Assembly: GCA_964386525.1 (NCBI GenBank)
Contig: CAYLSO010000258.1
Location: 1-47,535, forward strand
Source of the DNA: an uncultured bacterium
GTDB lineage: Bacteria; Eisenbacteria; RBG-16-71-46; DASYSL01
DNA length: 47,535 nucleotides
Reading direction: 5' to 3'
Below are positions 1 to 11,003 of this stretch, in pieces. The notes beneath the pieces were generated by a model that saw only the letters and a program-made list of their open reading frames with translations, was not told the origin of the DNA and ran no database searches. Each line of letters begins with the position of its first letter. Within the stretch, counting starts at the first letter, position 1. Position numbers and translations under genes: made by a program.

Positions 1-793
1 CGAAGCGCGGCAGGCGCTCCGCGAGACGAGCCACATCCTCGGCGGGCGGACCACCCTTGTGGCGGAAGCCGCCGAGGAGCAGCACCACCGGACAGCGGAT
101 CTCGGGTAGACGGACGCCGAGCGATTCCGGCTCGGGGGCGCGGCCCATGGCGGAGAAGGCGCGCAGCGCGGCACCGGGATCGCGCTCGACGCCGGCGAAG
201 TAGCTGTCGACGACGGCTTCGGTCACCCAGGCCGGATCCGCGGACACCGAGCGCAGATGCTTCGCGAACTTGCCCTTGATCCACCCGCTGCCGGCGATCA
301 GCCGCATCCACCTCGCGACCTTCATGGCGCGGCGAAAGCCGGGGGTGGCGGCGGACTCGGCGGGCCCGCCTTCGATCGACACCACGCCCCGCACCAGCCC
401 TGGGTGGCGGTACGCCAGGCGTAGTGCCACGGCGCCACCGATGCCGTGGCCGACCACGAGCGCGTCGCGAACGCCGCGCCGCTCGAGCTCCGTGGCCACG
501 CGGTCGGCCTGGGCGACGAGCGAGTAGTCGGCGCGCTCCGGCCGCGGCGAGAAACCCACGCCGAGTGGCTCGACGATGAGCGTGCGGTAGCCGGCGGCGT
601 GCAGCCCGGAGACCACATGGCGGAAGCCGAAGGCGCAGCCGCTGAGGCTGGGGATGAGCACGACGCCCGGTCCGCTCCCTGAGTCGAAGCAGGAGAGCGT
701 CTCCGGCGGCGGCGGCGCTGCAGCGCCTCTGGCCGGCGCTCCGGCGATTCCCCCCAGCGCCAGGGCCACGAGCAGAAGCATCTTCGCCCACAT
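1..793 (-). CDS. alpha/beta-hydrolase fold protein with signal peptide; 3' end runs off the window
   Basis: It is absent from the ORF track because it has no stop inside the window. Reverse translation from ATG (complement of 791-793) gives MWAKMLLLVALALGGIAGAPARG... (signal peptide), then GVVLIPSLSGCAFGFRHV...LVVGHGIGGAVALRLAYRHPGLVRGVVSIEGG. This is the typical alpha/beta-hydrolase layout. The nucleophile elbow reads GHGIG, with Gly where Ser is expected. Confidence 0.7.
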   Translation of the reverse strand, partial: MWAKMLLLVALALGGIAGAPARGAAAPPPPETLSCFDSGSGPGVVLIPSLSGCAFGFRHVVSGLHAAGYRTLIVEPLGVGFSPRPERADYSLVAQADRVATELERRGVRDALVVGHGIGGAVALRLAYRHPGLVRGVVSIEGGPAESAATPGFRRAMKVARWMRLIAGSGWIKGKFAKHLRSVSADPAWVTEAVVDSYFAGVERDPGAALRAFSAMGRAPEPESLGVRLPEIRCPVVLLLGGFRHKGGPPAEDVARLAERLPRF

Positions 794-1012
794 GGGCGCC
801 TCCCCCTCCGCGATGCCCGCACCGGCCAGGCTCCCGTTCCCCGCCCGGCGGGGCCGGCCAGTGCTCGCTTCGCCCGCACGCGATCCCCGGGCCAGGGCGT
901 GGCGCGGGCGCTGAGCCGAGGGAGGGTCGGAGGGCTGCGCCGAAGGGAACGGGGAGGCGGACGGCGCCCCGGCGTTCGCTACCGCCGCGGATCGAGCCGG
1001 TGAGAGCACCGA

Positions 1013-1038
1013 GGCCCCGGGGCGGTGACCCCGGGGCC
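1013..1038 (-). terminator. GC-rich hairpin downstream of the cytochrome gene (possible terminator, no U-tract)
   Basis: Perfect 10-bp inverted repeat GGCCCCGGGG / CCCCGGGGCC around a 6-nt loop. It lies about 85 nt after the stop at 1122. Confidence 0.35.
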
Positions 1039-1121
1039 TGCGGGCTGCTGCGTGGACGGTGCCGCCGCCGCGGGCTCGCGGACCCGCCGCGGTCTCGCGG
1101 TCCCGCCGCGATCTCACGGTC

Positions 1122-2084
1122 CTACTCCGTCACCACCGCTTTCGCCGTGACCACGGCTCCGCCCTGGATCAGCCGCACGAGGTACACCCCGGCGCGCAGC
1201 GCGCGCCCGGGCGCGAACTCCACCGAGTGGCGTCCGGCTCCCAGCGCACCCACGTCCTGACGCGCCACGCGGCGGCCGGTCACGTCCATCAGATCGAGCG
1301 TCGCCGGCCGGGCGGACGGCAGGGTGAAAGCCACCCGCACGGCGCCGCGCGACGGATTGGGCTGCACGCCCTCGAGCGTCAGCCCGAGCTTGGCAGCGGG
1401 CCCGTCCTCGACACCCACCTGGCAGTCCGTGTCGGTGGCGTCGTAGACCAGGTCCCCGTCGTTGTCCAGACCGCGGGTCGGGGCTACAAGACTCTCGGAG
1501 CCGTTCCCGTTGCAGGGGTCGGTAGGCTTGTTCGGGTGCGCCGCATCGGGGGTGAAGTAGTACAGCGGCTTCACCGTCTCCGGAGCGGTCGTGAAGTTGG
1601 CCGGGTTGGAATCCGTGTGGCAGCTCACGCACTGCGTGACGCCGGCGCGATAGTGATGCTGCCGCAGCCCGACCGCCTTGACCGCGCCACCCGCCGCCGG
1701 CTCCGCCCGCCCGTGGCAGCCGTTGCAGCTGATCGCCGCGAAGCCGGTCCCGCCGTCGGAACTGGCGAGCAGCACCGGAAAGCGCTGCGCTCCGTGGCAG
1801 ACGTTGCAGTCGCCGCCCAGCATGTCGGTGCGGTGGCCGTTGTGCAGGCTGGTGCCGCCCGCCCACGCCACGTCGTCGGAGTTCGACACGTAGCCGCTGG
1901 CCCGGAAGTCCCCGTGGCAGGCCGCGCAGTTGTCCGCCTGGTTCGTCGAGTACTGCTCGTAGGCGGCCGCCGGCGTCCAGAGGTAGCCGCCGATCGCCAC
2001 GGCGGCCAGCACGACCAGCGTGACTGCAGCCGCGGTCACGGTCAGCCCTGGGACGATTCTCTCCTTGTTGCAGATGCGCTCCAT
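1122..2084 (-). CDS. tetraheme c-type cytochrome with N-terminal signal/anchor and FlgD-Ig/T9SS-like C-terminal domain
   Basis: This is the C-terminal 320 aa of the 790-aa track ORF, starting at MERICNKERIVPGLTVTAAAVTLVVLAAVAIGG. It has four CxxCH motifs (CAACH, CNVCH, CNGCH, CVSCH) plus spare His pairs (HNGH, RQHH). A DNDGD acidic stretch follows. The terminal ~85 aa (QPNPSRGAVRVAFTLP...GVYLVRLIQ...) resemble the other C-terminal domains (CTDs) in this window. Confidence 0.85.
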   Translation of the reverse strand: MERICNKERIVPGLTVTAAAVTLVVLAAVAIGGYLWTPAAAYEQYSTNQADNCAACHGDFRASGYVSNSDDVAWAGGTSLHNGHRTDMLGGDCNVCHGAQRFPVLLASSDGGTGFAAISCNGCHGRAEPAAGGAVKAVGLRQHHYRAGVTQCVSCHTDSNPANFTTAPETVKPLYYFTPDAAHPNKPTDPCNGNGSESLVAPTRGLDNDGDLVYDATDTDCQVGVEDGPAAKLGLTLEGVQPNPSRGAVRVAFTLPSARPATLDLMDVTGRRVARQDVGALGAGRHSVEFAPGRALRAGVYLVRLIQGGAVVTAKAVVTE

Positions 2085-2317
2085 CGTCACCCTCTTCGCT
2101 GTCTGGGTTGGTCCCCGAGGGCGGCCGGCGGCCTCGACTGCCCAGCTTCCCGCCCGCATTGCCCGGGCGGCGTCACATCCCGGCTTTCGCGGTGCCCGGC
2201 CCCGTTGGGAGGGGCGCGGCCCACGAAAGACCAAGAACAGGATAAGGTCCGCAGCCGCGTCACCGCAAGGAGTGCCGGAGGGCGATCGGCACGATCCCCC
2301 CCGAGCCAGCGCCCGCG

Positions 2318-3166
2318 TCAGCTCCGCGTCCGCCGCACCCGCGGCCGCCCCGCGCCCTCGGCACTGCGCCCGCCGCTCCCGCTGCGAGCCCGCGGCCGCT
2401 GACTGACGATCCCGGTCACCACGTACGTCCCGCTGCGCTCGTCCTTGCGCAGCGTGACCACGCCGGACTCCTGCGCGTCCTCCAGCAGCTCGCTGAAGCT
2501 GCCGTAGCCCAGCGCGGCCTCGCTGAACGCGGGCCGCTTGCGCTTCATGGTGTCCTTGACCAGGGAGGCCTGGATGAGCTCGAAGTTCTCGCGCTGCAGG
2601 GCCCGCACGGTGTCGACCAGCAGGCGGAACGGCTCGTCCTTGCCGCGCGCCGGCGCGGCGTCGGTCTTGGGCGGCTCGGCGCCGCGCTCGAGGTCCTCGT
2701 AGTAGATGAACTCGTCGCAGCCGTTGGCCAAGAGCGGCAAAGTGGAGGCCTTCATGCCGAGGCCGATGACGTGCTTGCCGTTCTCCTTGAGCTTGGCCAC
2801 CAGCGGGGAGAAGTCGCTGTCGCCGGAGACGATCACGAAGGTGTCGATGTGCGCCTTGCTCCAGCTCAGGTCCATGGCGTCCACCACCAGCCGGATGTCG
2901 GCCGAGTTCTTGCCGGTGGTGGCGCGGCGCGGGATCTCGATCAGCTCGATGCCGTTCTCGTGCAGGCCCTCGGTGTGGCTGCGGAAACGGCCCCAGTCGG
3001 CGTAGGCCACCTTGGCGATGACCTTGCCCTTCTCGAGCAGCCGGTCGAGGACGCGCCGCACCTCGAAGGGAGCGCTGGCGTCGCGCAGGCCCATGGCGAT
3101 GTTCTCGAAGTCGATGAACACGGCGATCTGCAGCTGCGGGCCGGCGGTCGGGGGCGAAGCGGGCAT
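2318..3166 (-). CDS. NYN (LabA-like) domain protein with C-terminal OST-HTH/LOTUS domain
   Basis: IAVFIDFENIAMG...NSADIRLVVDAMD...IVSGDSDFSPLVAKLKENGKHVIGLG is the NYN/LabA pattern. The C-terminal part (VKDTMKRKRPAFSEAALGYGSFSELLEDAQESGVV) is OST-HTH-like. I chose ATG at 3166 because GGAGG lies 8 nt upstream; the track ORF starts at GTG 3175. Confidence 0.85.
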   Translation of the reverse strand: MPASPPTAGPQLQIAVFIDFENIAMGLRDASAPFEVRRVLDRLLEKGKVIAKVAYADWGRFRSHTEGLHENGIELIEIPRRATTGKNSADIRLVVDAMDLSWSKAHIDTFVIVSGDSDFSPLVAKLKENGKHVIGLGMKASTLPLLANGCDEFIYYEDLERGAEPPKTDAAPARGKDEPFRLLVDTVRALQRENFELIQASLVKDTMKRKRPAFSEAALGYGSFSELLEDAQESGVVTLRKDERSGTYVVTGIVSQRPRARSGSGGRSAEGAGRPRVRRTRS

Positions 3167-3369
3167 GGGGCGCACCTCCAGGAGCGGGGGGACGACGGCG
3201 ACCGGTGCATCTTAGGAGCCGCCCGGCCGCAGGTCCACCCCCACCTGCGCGTCCGCCGCCGCCCGGCCGCCCCTTGCCCCCGGTGCTAGAATGCAGCCCG
3301 GTCGCATCCCCCGCGCGCCCGCGCCGCGACGGATCCGCGGCGCCCCTCGTCCACCCACGGGAGCACGCC

Positions 3370-5262
3370 ATGAAAGCCGCCCGCCTCGCCGTCCGGTCCC
3401 TGGTCGTCTCGGCCCTGGCGCTGTCGCTCGCCGCCGGCTTCACCGCCGGCGCGGAGCGCGCCACCATCGACGACAAGTACAAGTGGAAGGTCACCGACGT
3501 CTATCCGTCCGACGAGGCCTGGCGGGCGGCCAAGGACGAACTCGCCAAGCGCATCCCCGAACTGGCCAAGTTCCAGGGCCGCCTCGGCGAATCGGCCGCC
3601 ACGCTCTACGACGCCTTCGCGGCGCGCAGCGAAGCGGACCGCCGGCTGGCGCGCCTGCAGGTCTACGCCTCGATGCGGGCCGACGAGGACACGCGCAGCC
3701 AGTCGTACATGGCCATGCAGCAGGAGATCGAGAAGCTCGGGGTGGACTACGGCGCCGCCACCGCCTACCTGCGGCCCGAGGTCCTGGCCCTGGGCCAGGA
3801 GAAGGTCAAGGCGTTCGTCGCCGCCGAAGCGCGCCTGGCGCCCTACGCCATCGTGCTCGACGAGATCGTGCGCTGGGCCCCGCACACGCTGAGCCCGGCC
3901 GAGGAGCAGATCGTCGCCAAGACCGACGACCTGGCCGGCGCCGGCGGTTCGATCCGCGGCGTCTTCAGCAACGCCGAGCTGCCCTTTCCCACGGTCACCC
4001 TCTCCACCGGCGACTCGCTGCGCCTCGACCCCGCCACCTTCGGCCGCTGCCGGGCGCTGCCCGAGCGCGAGGACCGGCTCAAGGTCTTCCGCGCCTACTT
4101 CAGCACCTACAAGCAGTACGAGGGCACATACGGCACGATGCTCAACGCGCACGTCAAGAGCCACGTATTCGAGAAGGAGGTGCGCAGGTTCGACAGCTGC
4201 CTGGCGTCGGCGCTGTTCGCCAGCAACATCCCGACCCCGGTCTACTCGCAGTTGCTGCGGGACGTGCACGCCAACCTGCCGACCCTGCACCGCTACCTCA
4301 AGCTGCGCCAGAAGATGATGGGCCTCGACGAGCTGCGCTACGAGGACCTCTACGCGCCCATCGTCAAGAAGGTGGACCTCAAGTTCACCCCCGAGGAGAC
4401 CCAGGAGCTGGTGGTGGCCGCGGTCGCGCCGCTGGGGCCGGACTACGCCGCCACGCTGCGGCGGGCGTTCGCCGAGCGTTGGATCGACTGGATGCCGTCC
4501 ACCGGCAAGCGCTCCGGGGCGTACAGCACCGGCATCTACGACGTGCACCCGTATCAGCTGCTCAACTTCACCGGCCTCTACGACGACGTCTCGACGGTGG
4601 CCCACGAGGGCGGGCACGGCATGCACTCGTACTCCTCGAGCCAGGGGCAGCCCTACCCGACCTGGCGCTATCGCACCTTCGTGGCCGAGGTGGCCTCGAC
4701 CCTCAACGAGGCGCTGCTGCAGGACTACATGCTGCAGCGGACCAAGGAACTCGACACGCGGCTGTTCCTGCTCGGCAGCCGACTCGAGGACCTGCGCCAG
4801 ACGCTCTTCCGCCAGGTGCTCTTCGCGGAGTTCGAGCTCAAAGCCCACGAGCTGGTGGAGCGCGGCGAGCCGCTCACCGGCGAGAAGCTCACGCAGCTCT
4901 ACCTGGGGCTCTTGAAGGACTACTACGGGGACGCGGCCGGGGTCTGCAAGGTGGACGACCTGTACGGCGTCGAGTGGGCGCTGGTCCCCCACTTCTACCG
5001 GGAGTTCTACGTCTACCAGTACGCCACCAGCATCGTGGCCTCCGCGTCCCTGGCCGACGGCATCCTGGCGGAGGCCAAGGCCACGAAGGGCAAGGCGCCG
5101 CGCCGCGATGCGTACCTCAAGCTGCTCGCCGCCGGCGGCTCGAAGTACCCCATCGACCTGCTCAAGGATGCGGGCGTGGACATGACCACCTCGGCCCCGT
5201 TCGCCGCCGCCATGGCCGCGATGAACCGAGTGATGGACGAGATGGAGGAGCTGCTGCGGTAG
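3370..5262 (+). CDS. pepF: oligoendopeptidase F (M3B metallopeptidase), secreted
   Basis: Contains the HEGGHGMH zinc motif (HExxH) and is M3-like along its length. The start is at MKAARLAVRSLVVSALALSLAAG (signal peptide), with GGGAG upstream. The upstream 55 codons of the track ORF are Pro/Arg-rich. Confidence 0.9.
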   Translation: MKAARLAVRSLVVSALALSLAAGFTAGAERATIDDKYKWKVTDVYPSDEAWRAAKDELAKRIPELAKFQGRLGESAATLYDAFAARSEADRRLARLQVYASMRADEDTRSQSYMAMQQEIEKLGVDYGAATAYLRPEVLALGQEKVKAFVAAEARLAPYAIVLDEIVRWAPHTLSPAEEQIVAKTDDLAGAGGSIRGVFSNAELPFPTVTLSTGDSLRLDPATFGRCRALPEREDRLKVFRAYFSTYKQYEGTYGTMLNAHVKSHVFEKEVRRFDSCLASALFASNIPTPVYSQLLRDVHANLPTLHRYLKLRQKMMGLDELRYEDLYAPIVKKVDLKFTPEETQELVVAAVAPLGPDYAATLRRAFAERWIDWMPSTGKRSGAYSTGIYDVHPYQLLNFTGLYDDVSTVAHEGGHGMHSYSSSQGQPYPTWRYRTFVAEVASTLNEALLQDYMLQRTKELDTRLFLLGSRLEDLRQTLFRQVLFAEFELKAHELVERGEPLTGEKLTQLYLGLLKDYYGDAAGVCKVDDLYGVEWALVPHFYREFYVYQYATSIVASASLADGILAEAKATKGKAPRRDAYLKLLAAGGSKYPIDLLKDAGVDMTTSAPFAAAMAAMNRVMDEMEELLR

Positions 5263-5347
5263 GGCGTCGGTCGCGGCGGCGCGATAGGCTGGCGGCGGGC
5301 GGTGACTCCGCCTGCCGCTTCGCAGTACAGCCCGCGGCGCGCGCCGC

Positions 5348-6064
5348 TTACCGGTGCGTCGCCTTCAGCTTGCCCCAGGTGGTGATCAAGGTCGGCACCG
5401 CGCAGTCGGCGTCGCTGCCGTCGTAGGTCGTGTCGCCGTCGTTATCGAGGCCCAGCGGCCCGGCCACCAGACTCTCCGCACCGTTCCCGTTGCAGGGATC
5501 CGTGGGCTTGTTGGGATGCGCCGCGTCCGGCGTGAAGTAGTACAGCGGCTTCACCGTCTCCGGGGCCACCGCGAAGCCCGCGGGATTCGCGTCCGAGTGG
5601 CAGTTGACGCACGCCGTCACCCCGGAGCGGTAGTGGTGCTGGCGCAGCCCGGTGCCCTTCACCGCGCCGCCGGCCGCAGGCTCGGCGCGCCCGTGGCAAC
5701 CGAGGCAGCTGATCGCCGCAAAGCCGGTCCCACCGACCGAGCTCTTCAACAGCACCGGGAAACGGGAGGCCGCGCTGTGGCAGACGTTGCAGTCACCGCT
5801 CAGCATGCTCGTCCGGTGCCCGTTGTGCAGGCTGGTGCCGCCCGTCCAGGCGACGCCGTCGGCGTTCGAGACGTAGCCGCTGGCCCGGAAGTCCCCGTGG
5901 CAGGCCGCGCAGTTGTCCGCCTGGTTCGTCGAGTACTGCTCGTAGGCTCCGGCCAGCCGGATGCTTCCCGCGGCGACGGCCAGAACGACGATCCCTGCCG
6001 CACCCAACGCCGTGGCGACCATCCCCCGCCGCGCACCGGCGGCGTGCCCGTATCGATCCCGCAT
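5348..6064 (-). CDS. tetraheme c-type cytochrome, paralog of 1122..2084, ending in a short TTWGKLKATHR tag instead of the CTD
   Basis: Has the same four CxxCH motifs (CAACH, CNVCH, CLGCH, CVNCH). Long stretches are nucleotide-identical to the first copy. The start at MRDRYGH has GGAGGA 5 nt upstream. Confidence 0.85.
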   Translation of the reverse strand: MRDRYGHAAGARRGMVATALGAAGIVVLAVAAGSIRLAGAYEQYSTNQADNCAACHGDFRASGYVSNADGVAWTGGTSLHNGHRTSMLSGDCNVCHSAASRFPVLLKSSVGGTGFAAISCLGCHGRAEPAAGGAVKGTGLRQHHYRSGVTACVNCHSDANPAGFAVAPETVKPLYYFTPDAAHPNKPTDPCNGNGAESLVAGPLGLDNDGDTTYDGSDADCAVPTLITTWGKLKATHR

Positions 6065-6585
6065 GCGAATCCTCCTGAGTGGAACGCTGAGGGAACCGGG
6101 GTTCCCTCTCCTAAGGCCGGCCTGCGCCGGCACCTCTTCCCCCGCGGCCACGCCAGGAAGTGAGATACCGGTTTACCCCCAGACAGATCCGCCGAGTTCC
6201 CTGTAAACGCTGTAAATCAATGGGTTCGGTGGATCGGCCGACGGTTGGGGCATAGCGAGAAGCGAGCCGCCGCCCGGCTGGGTCCGGTGGATTGATGTTT
6301 AGTACTGGTAATCCGTCATATGACCGCAATCACATAGACCCCGCCGAAGGCCTCCTGTGGCCCCGGCCACCCGCCCGGCGGCGCCAGCCTCCCCCCGCCC
6401 GCCCACTGCATACTGAGGCGTCGGCCGTGCACGATCCGGCCCGGCACGCCCTCCCGACCCGCCCGCTGGGAGCGCTGGGTCCAATCGCGTATGCTGCCGC
6501 GGACTTTGCCGGCGGCCGGCCACGACCCGCGACGCCGCCGGCCCGGAAGGACCCGATCGCCCACGCCCAGCCGGAGGAGCCGCTC

Positions 6586-7758
6586 ATGCAGCACCTGCTG
6601 ACCGAGGACCAGAGGAGCATCCGCGACCTGGCGCGCACCATCGCCGAGGAGAAGGTGAAGCCCGTGCGGGCGAGGTACGACGAGGAGAACATCTTCCCCC
6701 ACGACATCGTCGCGGAGCTCGCCAAGGTCGACCTCTTCCGCGTCTTCGTTCCCGTCGCCTATGACGGGCTGCTCGAGGAAGGCTACGGCATCACCAACAT
6801 GTGCCTGGTGACCGAGGAGATCTCCAAGGCCTGCGCCGGCATCGCCCTGGCCTTCGCCGGCACGGCCCTGGGGGCCTTCCCCATCCTCCTGTTCGGCTCC
6901 GAGGAGCAGAAGAAGCAGTATCTGCCCGTGCTCGCCTCGGGCAAGAAGCTCGCCGCCTTCGGCCTCACCGAGCCCATGGCCGGCTCCGACGCCGGGGCGC
7001 TGCGCACCACCGCGCGGCGCGACGGCGACGAGTACGTCCTGAACGGCACCAAGGTGTTCATCACCAACGGCGGCGAGGCGGACATCTACACCACGGTCGC
7101 CCTCACCTCGCCGGAGAAGGGCGCCCGCGGCGCCACCTGCTTCCTCGTCGAGAAAGGCACACCCGGCTTCTCCTTCGGCAAGAAGGAGAAGAAGATGGGC
7201 ATCCACGCCAGCGTCACCAGCGAGCTGATCTTCGAGGACGCGCGCGTGCCGGCCAGGAACGTCCTCGGCCGCGAGGGCCTGGGCTTCATCGTCGCCATGA
7301 AGACCTTCGACATCTCGCGGCCGGGCGTGGCGGCCCAGGCCCTGGGCATCGCCGAGGGGGCCCTCGAGGAGACGCTCAAGTACGCCCACCAGCGCCGCCA
7401 GTTCGGCCAGAGCGTCGTGAACTTCCAGGGGATCCAGTGGATGCTGGCCGACATGGCCATCCAGATCGAGGCGGCGCGCTCGCTGATCTACGGCCTCGCC
7501 AACCGCATCGACTCCGGCGACACCAAGGACATCGCCCACCTGTCGGCGATGTGCAAGGTCTTCGCCTCCGACACGGCGATGAAGGTGACCACCGACGCGG
7601 TGCAGATCTTCGGCGGCTACGGCTACATGGCCGACTACCCGGTCGAGAAGATGATGCGCGACGCCAAGATCACGCAGATCTACGAGGGCACCAACCAGAT
7701 CCAGCGCAACGTCATCGGCTCGCACCTGGCCAAGGAGGCGGCCCGGCTGGCGCAGTAG
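6586..7758 (+). CDS. acyl-CoA dehydrogenase (short/medium-chain type)
   Basis: MQHLLTEDQRSIRDLARTIAEEKVKP...GLTEPMAGSDAG...IYEGTNQIQRNVIG is the canonical ACAD pattern. GGAGGAG lies 6 nt upstream of ATG 6586. The upstream 98 codons of the track ORF are Pro/Arg-rich and unlikely to be coding. Confidence 0.9.
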   Translation: MQHLLTEDQRSIRDLARTIAEEKVKPVRARYDEENIFPHDIVAELAKVDLFRVFVPVAYDGLLEEGYGITNMCLVTEEISKACAGIALAFAGTALGAFPILLFGSEEQKKQYLPVLASGKKLAAFGLTEPMAGSDAGALRTTARRDGDEYVLNGTKVFITNGGEADIYTTVALTSPEKGARGATCFLVEKGTPGFSFGKKEKKMGIHASVTSELIFEDARVPARNVLGREGLGFIVAMKTFDISRPGVAAQALGIAEGALEETLKYAHQRRQFGQSVVNFQGIQWMLADMAIQIEAARSLIYGLANRIDSGDTKDIAHLSAMCKVFASDTAMKVTTDAVQIFGGYGYMADYPVEKMMRDAKITQIYEGTNQIQRNVIGSHLAKEAARLAQ

Positions 7759-7843
7759 CGGCGGCGGAACCAGGGCGGACGCAGCGCGGCGCGACCCGCA
7801 ACGGGCCGCGCCGCCGGTGTTTCCGCGGCTCCTTAGGCCCGCC

Positions 7844-8620
7844 CTACAACCCCATGATGTGGTACCCGGCGTCCACGAAGAGGATCTCGCCGGTCACCCC
7901 GCTGGCCATGTCGGAGAGCAGGAACAGCGCCGCCGAGCCGACCTCCTCCTTGGTGATGTTGCGCTTCAGGGGCGCCCGCTCCGCGTGGTGGTGCTGCATG
8001 CCGACGAAGCCGTGGATGCCACGCGCCGCCAGGGTGCTCACCGGCCCCGCCGAGATGGCGTTGACGCGGATCTTCCTCGGCCCCAGCTCGAAGGCCAGCT
8101 GCCGCACGCTCTGCTCGAGCACCGCCTTGGCGCTGCCCATGACGTTGTAGTTCGGCACCGCGCGCTCGGCCGCCAGGTAGGTGAGCGTCAGGATGCTGGC
8201 CCCGTGCCTGTGGAGCAGCGGCAGCATGTGGTTGGTGACGTTGAGCAACGAGAAGGCACTGACGTCGAGGGTGGCCATGAAGCCGTCGCGCGAGGTGGCC
8301 ACGAACTTGCCCTCGAGGTCCTCCTTGCGCGCCCAGGCGACGCCGTGCACGAGGATCTCGAGCGACCCCCAGGTGCGCTCCAGCTTGCGGTGCAGCGCGT
8401 GCACCGTGCGGTCGTGGGTGACGTCGCACTCGGCGGTGATCGCCCCGGGCAGATGCAGGGCCAGCTCCTCGACGGCGGGACGCAGGCGGTCGTTGGCGTA
8501 GGTCAGGCAGATCCGGGCGCCGGCCTCGTGCAGGGCCCGGGCGATGGCCCACGACAGGCTGCGATGGTTGGCCACGCCCATGACGAGGGCGTGCCGGTAG
8601 CTGAGATCGACGGCGTACAT
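7844..8620 (-). CDS. fabI: enoyl-[acyl-carrier-protein] reductase (NADH), FabI
   Basis: ALVMGVANHRSLSWAIA...YNVMGSAKAVLEQSVRQLAFELGPRKIRVNAISAGP contains the Tyr-x6-Lys FabI signature. A GGAGGGAGGA RBS lies upstream. Confidence 0.9.
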   Translation of the reverse strand: MYAVDLSYRHALVMGVANHRSLSWAIARALHEAGARICLTYANDRLRPAVEELALHLPGAITAECDVTHDRTVHALHRKLERTWGSLEILVHGVAWARKEDLEGKFVATSRDGFMATLDVSAFSLLNVTNHMLPLLHRHGASILTLTYLAAERAVPNYNVMGSAKAVLEQSVRQLAFELGPRKIRVNAISAGPVSTLAARGIHGFVGMQHHHAERAPLKRNITKEEVGSAALFLLSDMASGVTGEILFVDAGYHIMGL

Positions 8621-8708
8621 GCGTCCTCCCTCCGTGACGGAACGCTGGAATATACGGCCGGCGGGAGACGCCGTTCAAGTGCCGCGCGGGCCGTCGGGCG
8701 GGCCGGGC

Positions 8709-10883
<2,175 letters not shown>

Positions 10884-11003
10884 GCGCGCACCTCCCGGGA
10901 GCATGTTGCGACGGATGGAGCCGCCAGGCAAGAGTGGTTCGCGGCGCGCCGCAACGACAGCCCCCCGGGGGGACGGCCGCGCCGCCCCCCGGGACCCCGA
11001 CGA

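Noticed and set aside
1122-3494. A 790-aa minus-strand ORF that looks like a giant cytochrome fusion
   Set aside because: Only the last 320 codons (from MERICNK at 2084) look like a real protein. The upstream 470 codons are Arg/Ala/Gly/Pro-rich. They run antisense or out of frame through the well-supported NYN gene and the pepF 5' region. This is typical GC-rich shadow ORF behaviour.
3286-5426. ORFs 3286..4992 (minus strand, 568 aa) and 3291..5426 (plus strand, 711 aa)
   Set aside because: They are shadow frames of pepF, whose own frame carries the HExxH motif and M3 similarity.
6292-6585. A 98-codon N-terminal extension of the acyl-CoA dehydrogenase
   Set aside because: The extension is Pro/Arg-rich and unlike any ACAD N-terminus. 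A GGAGGAG RBS sits just before ATG 6586, which gives a canonical 390-aa enzyme.
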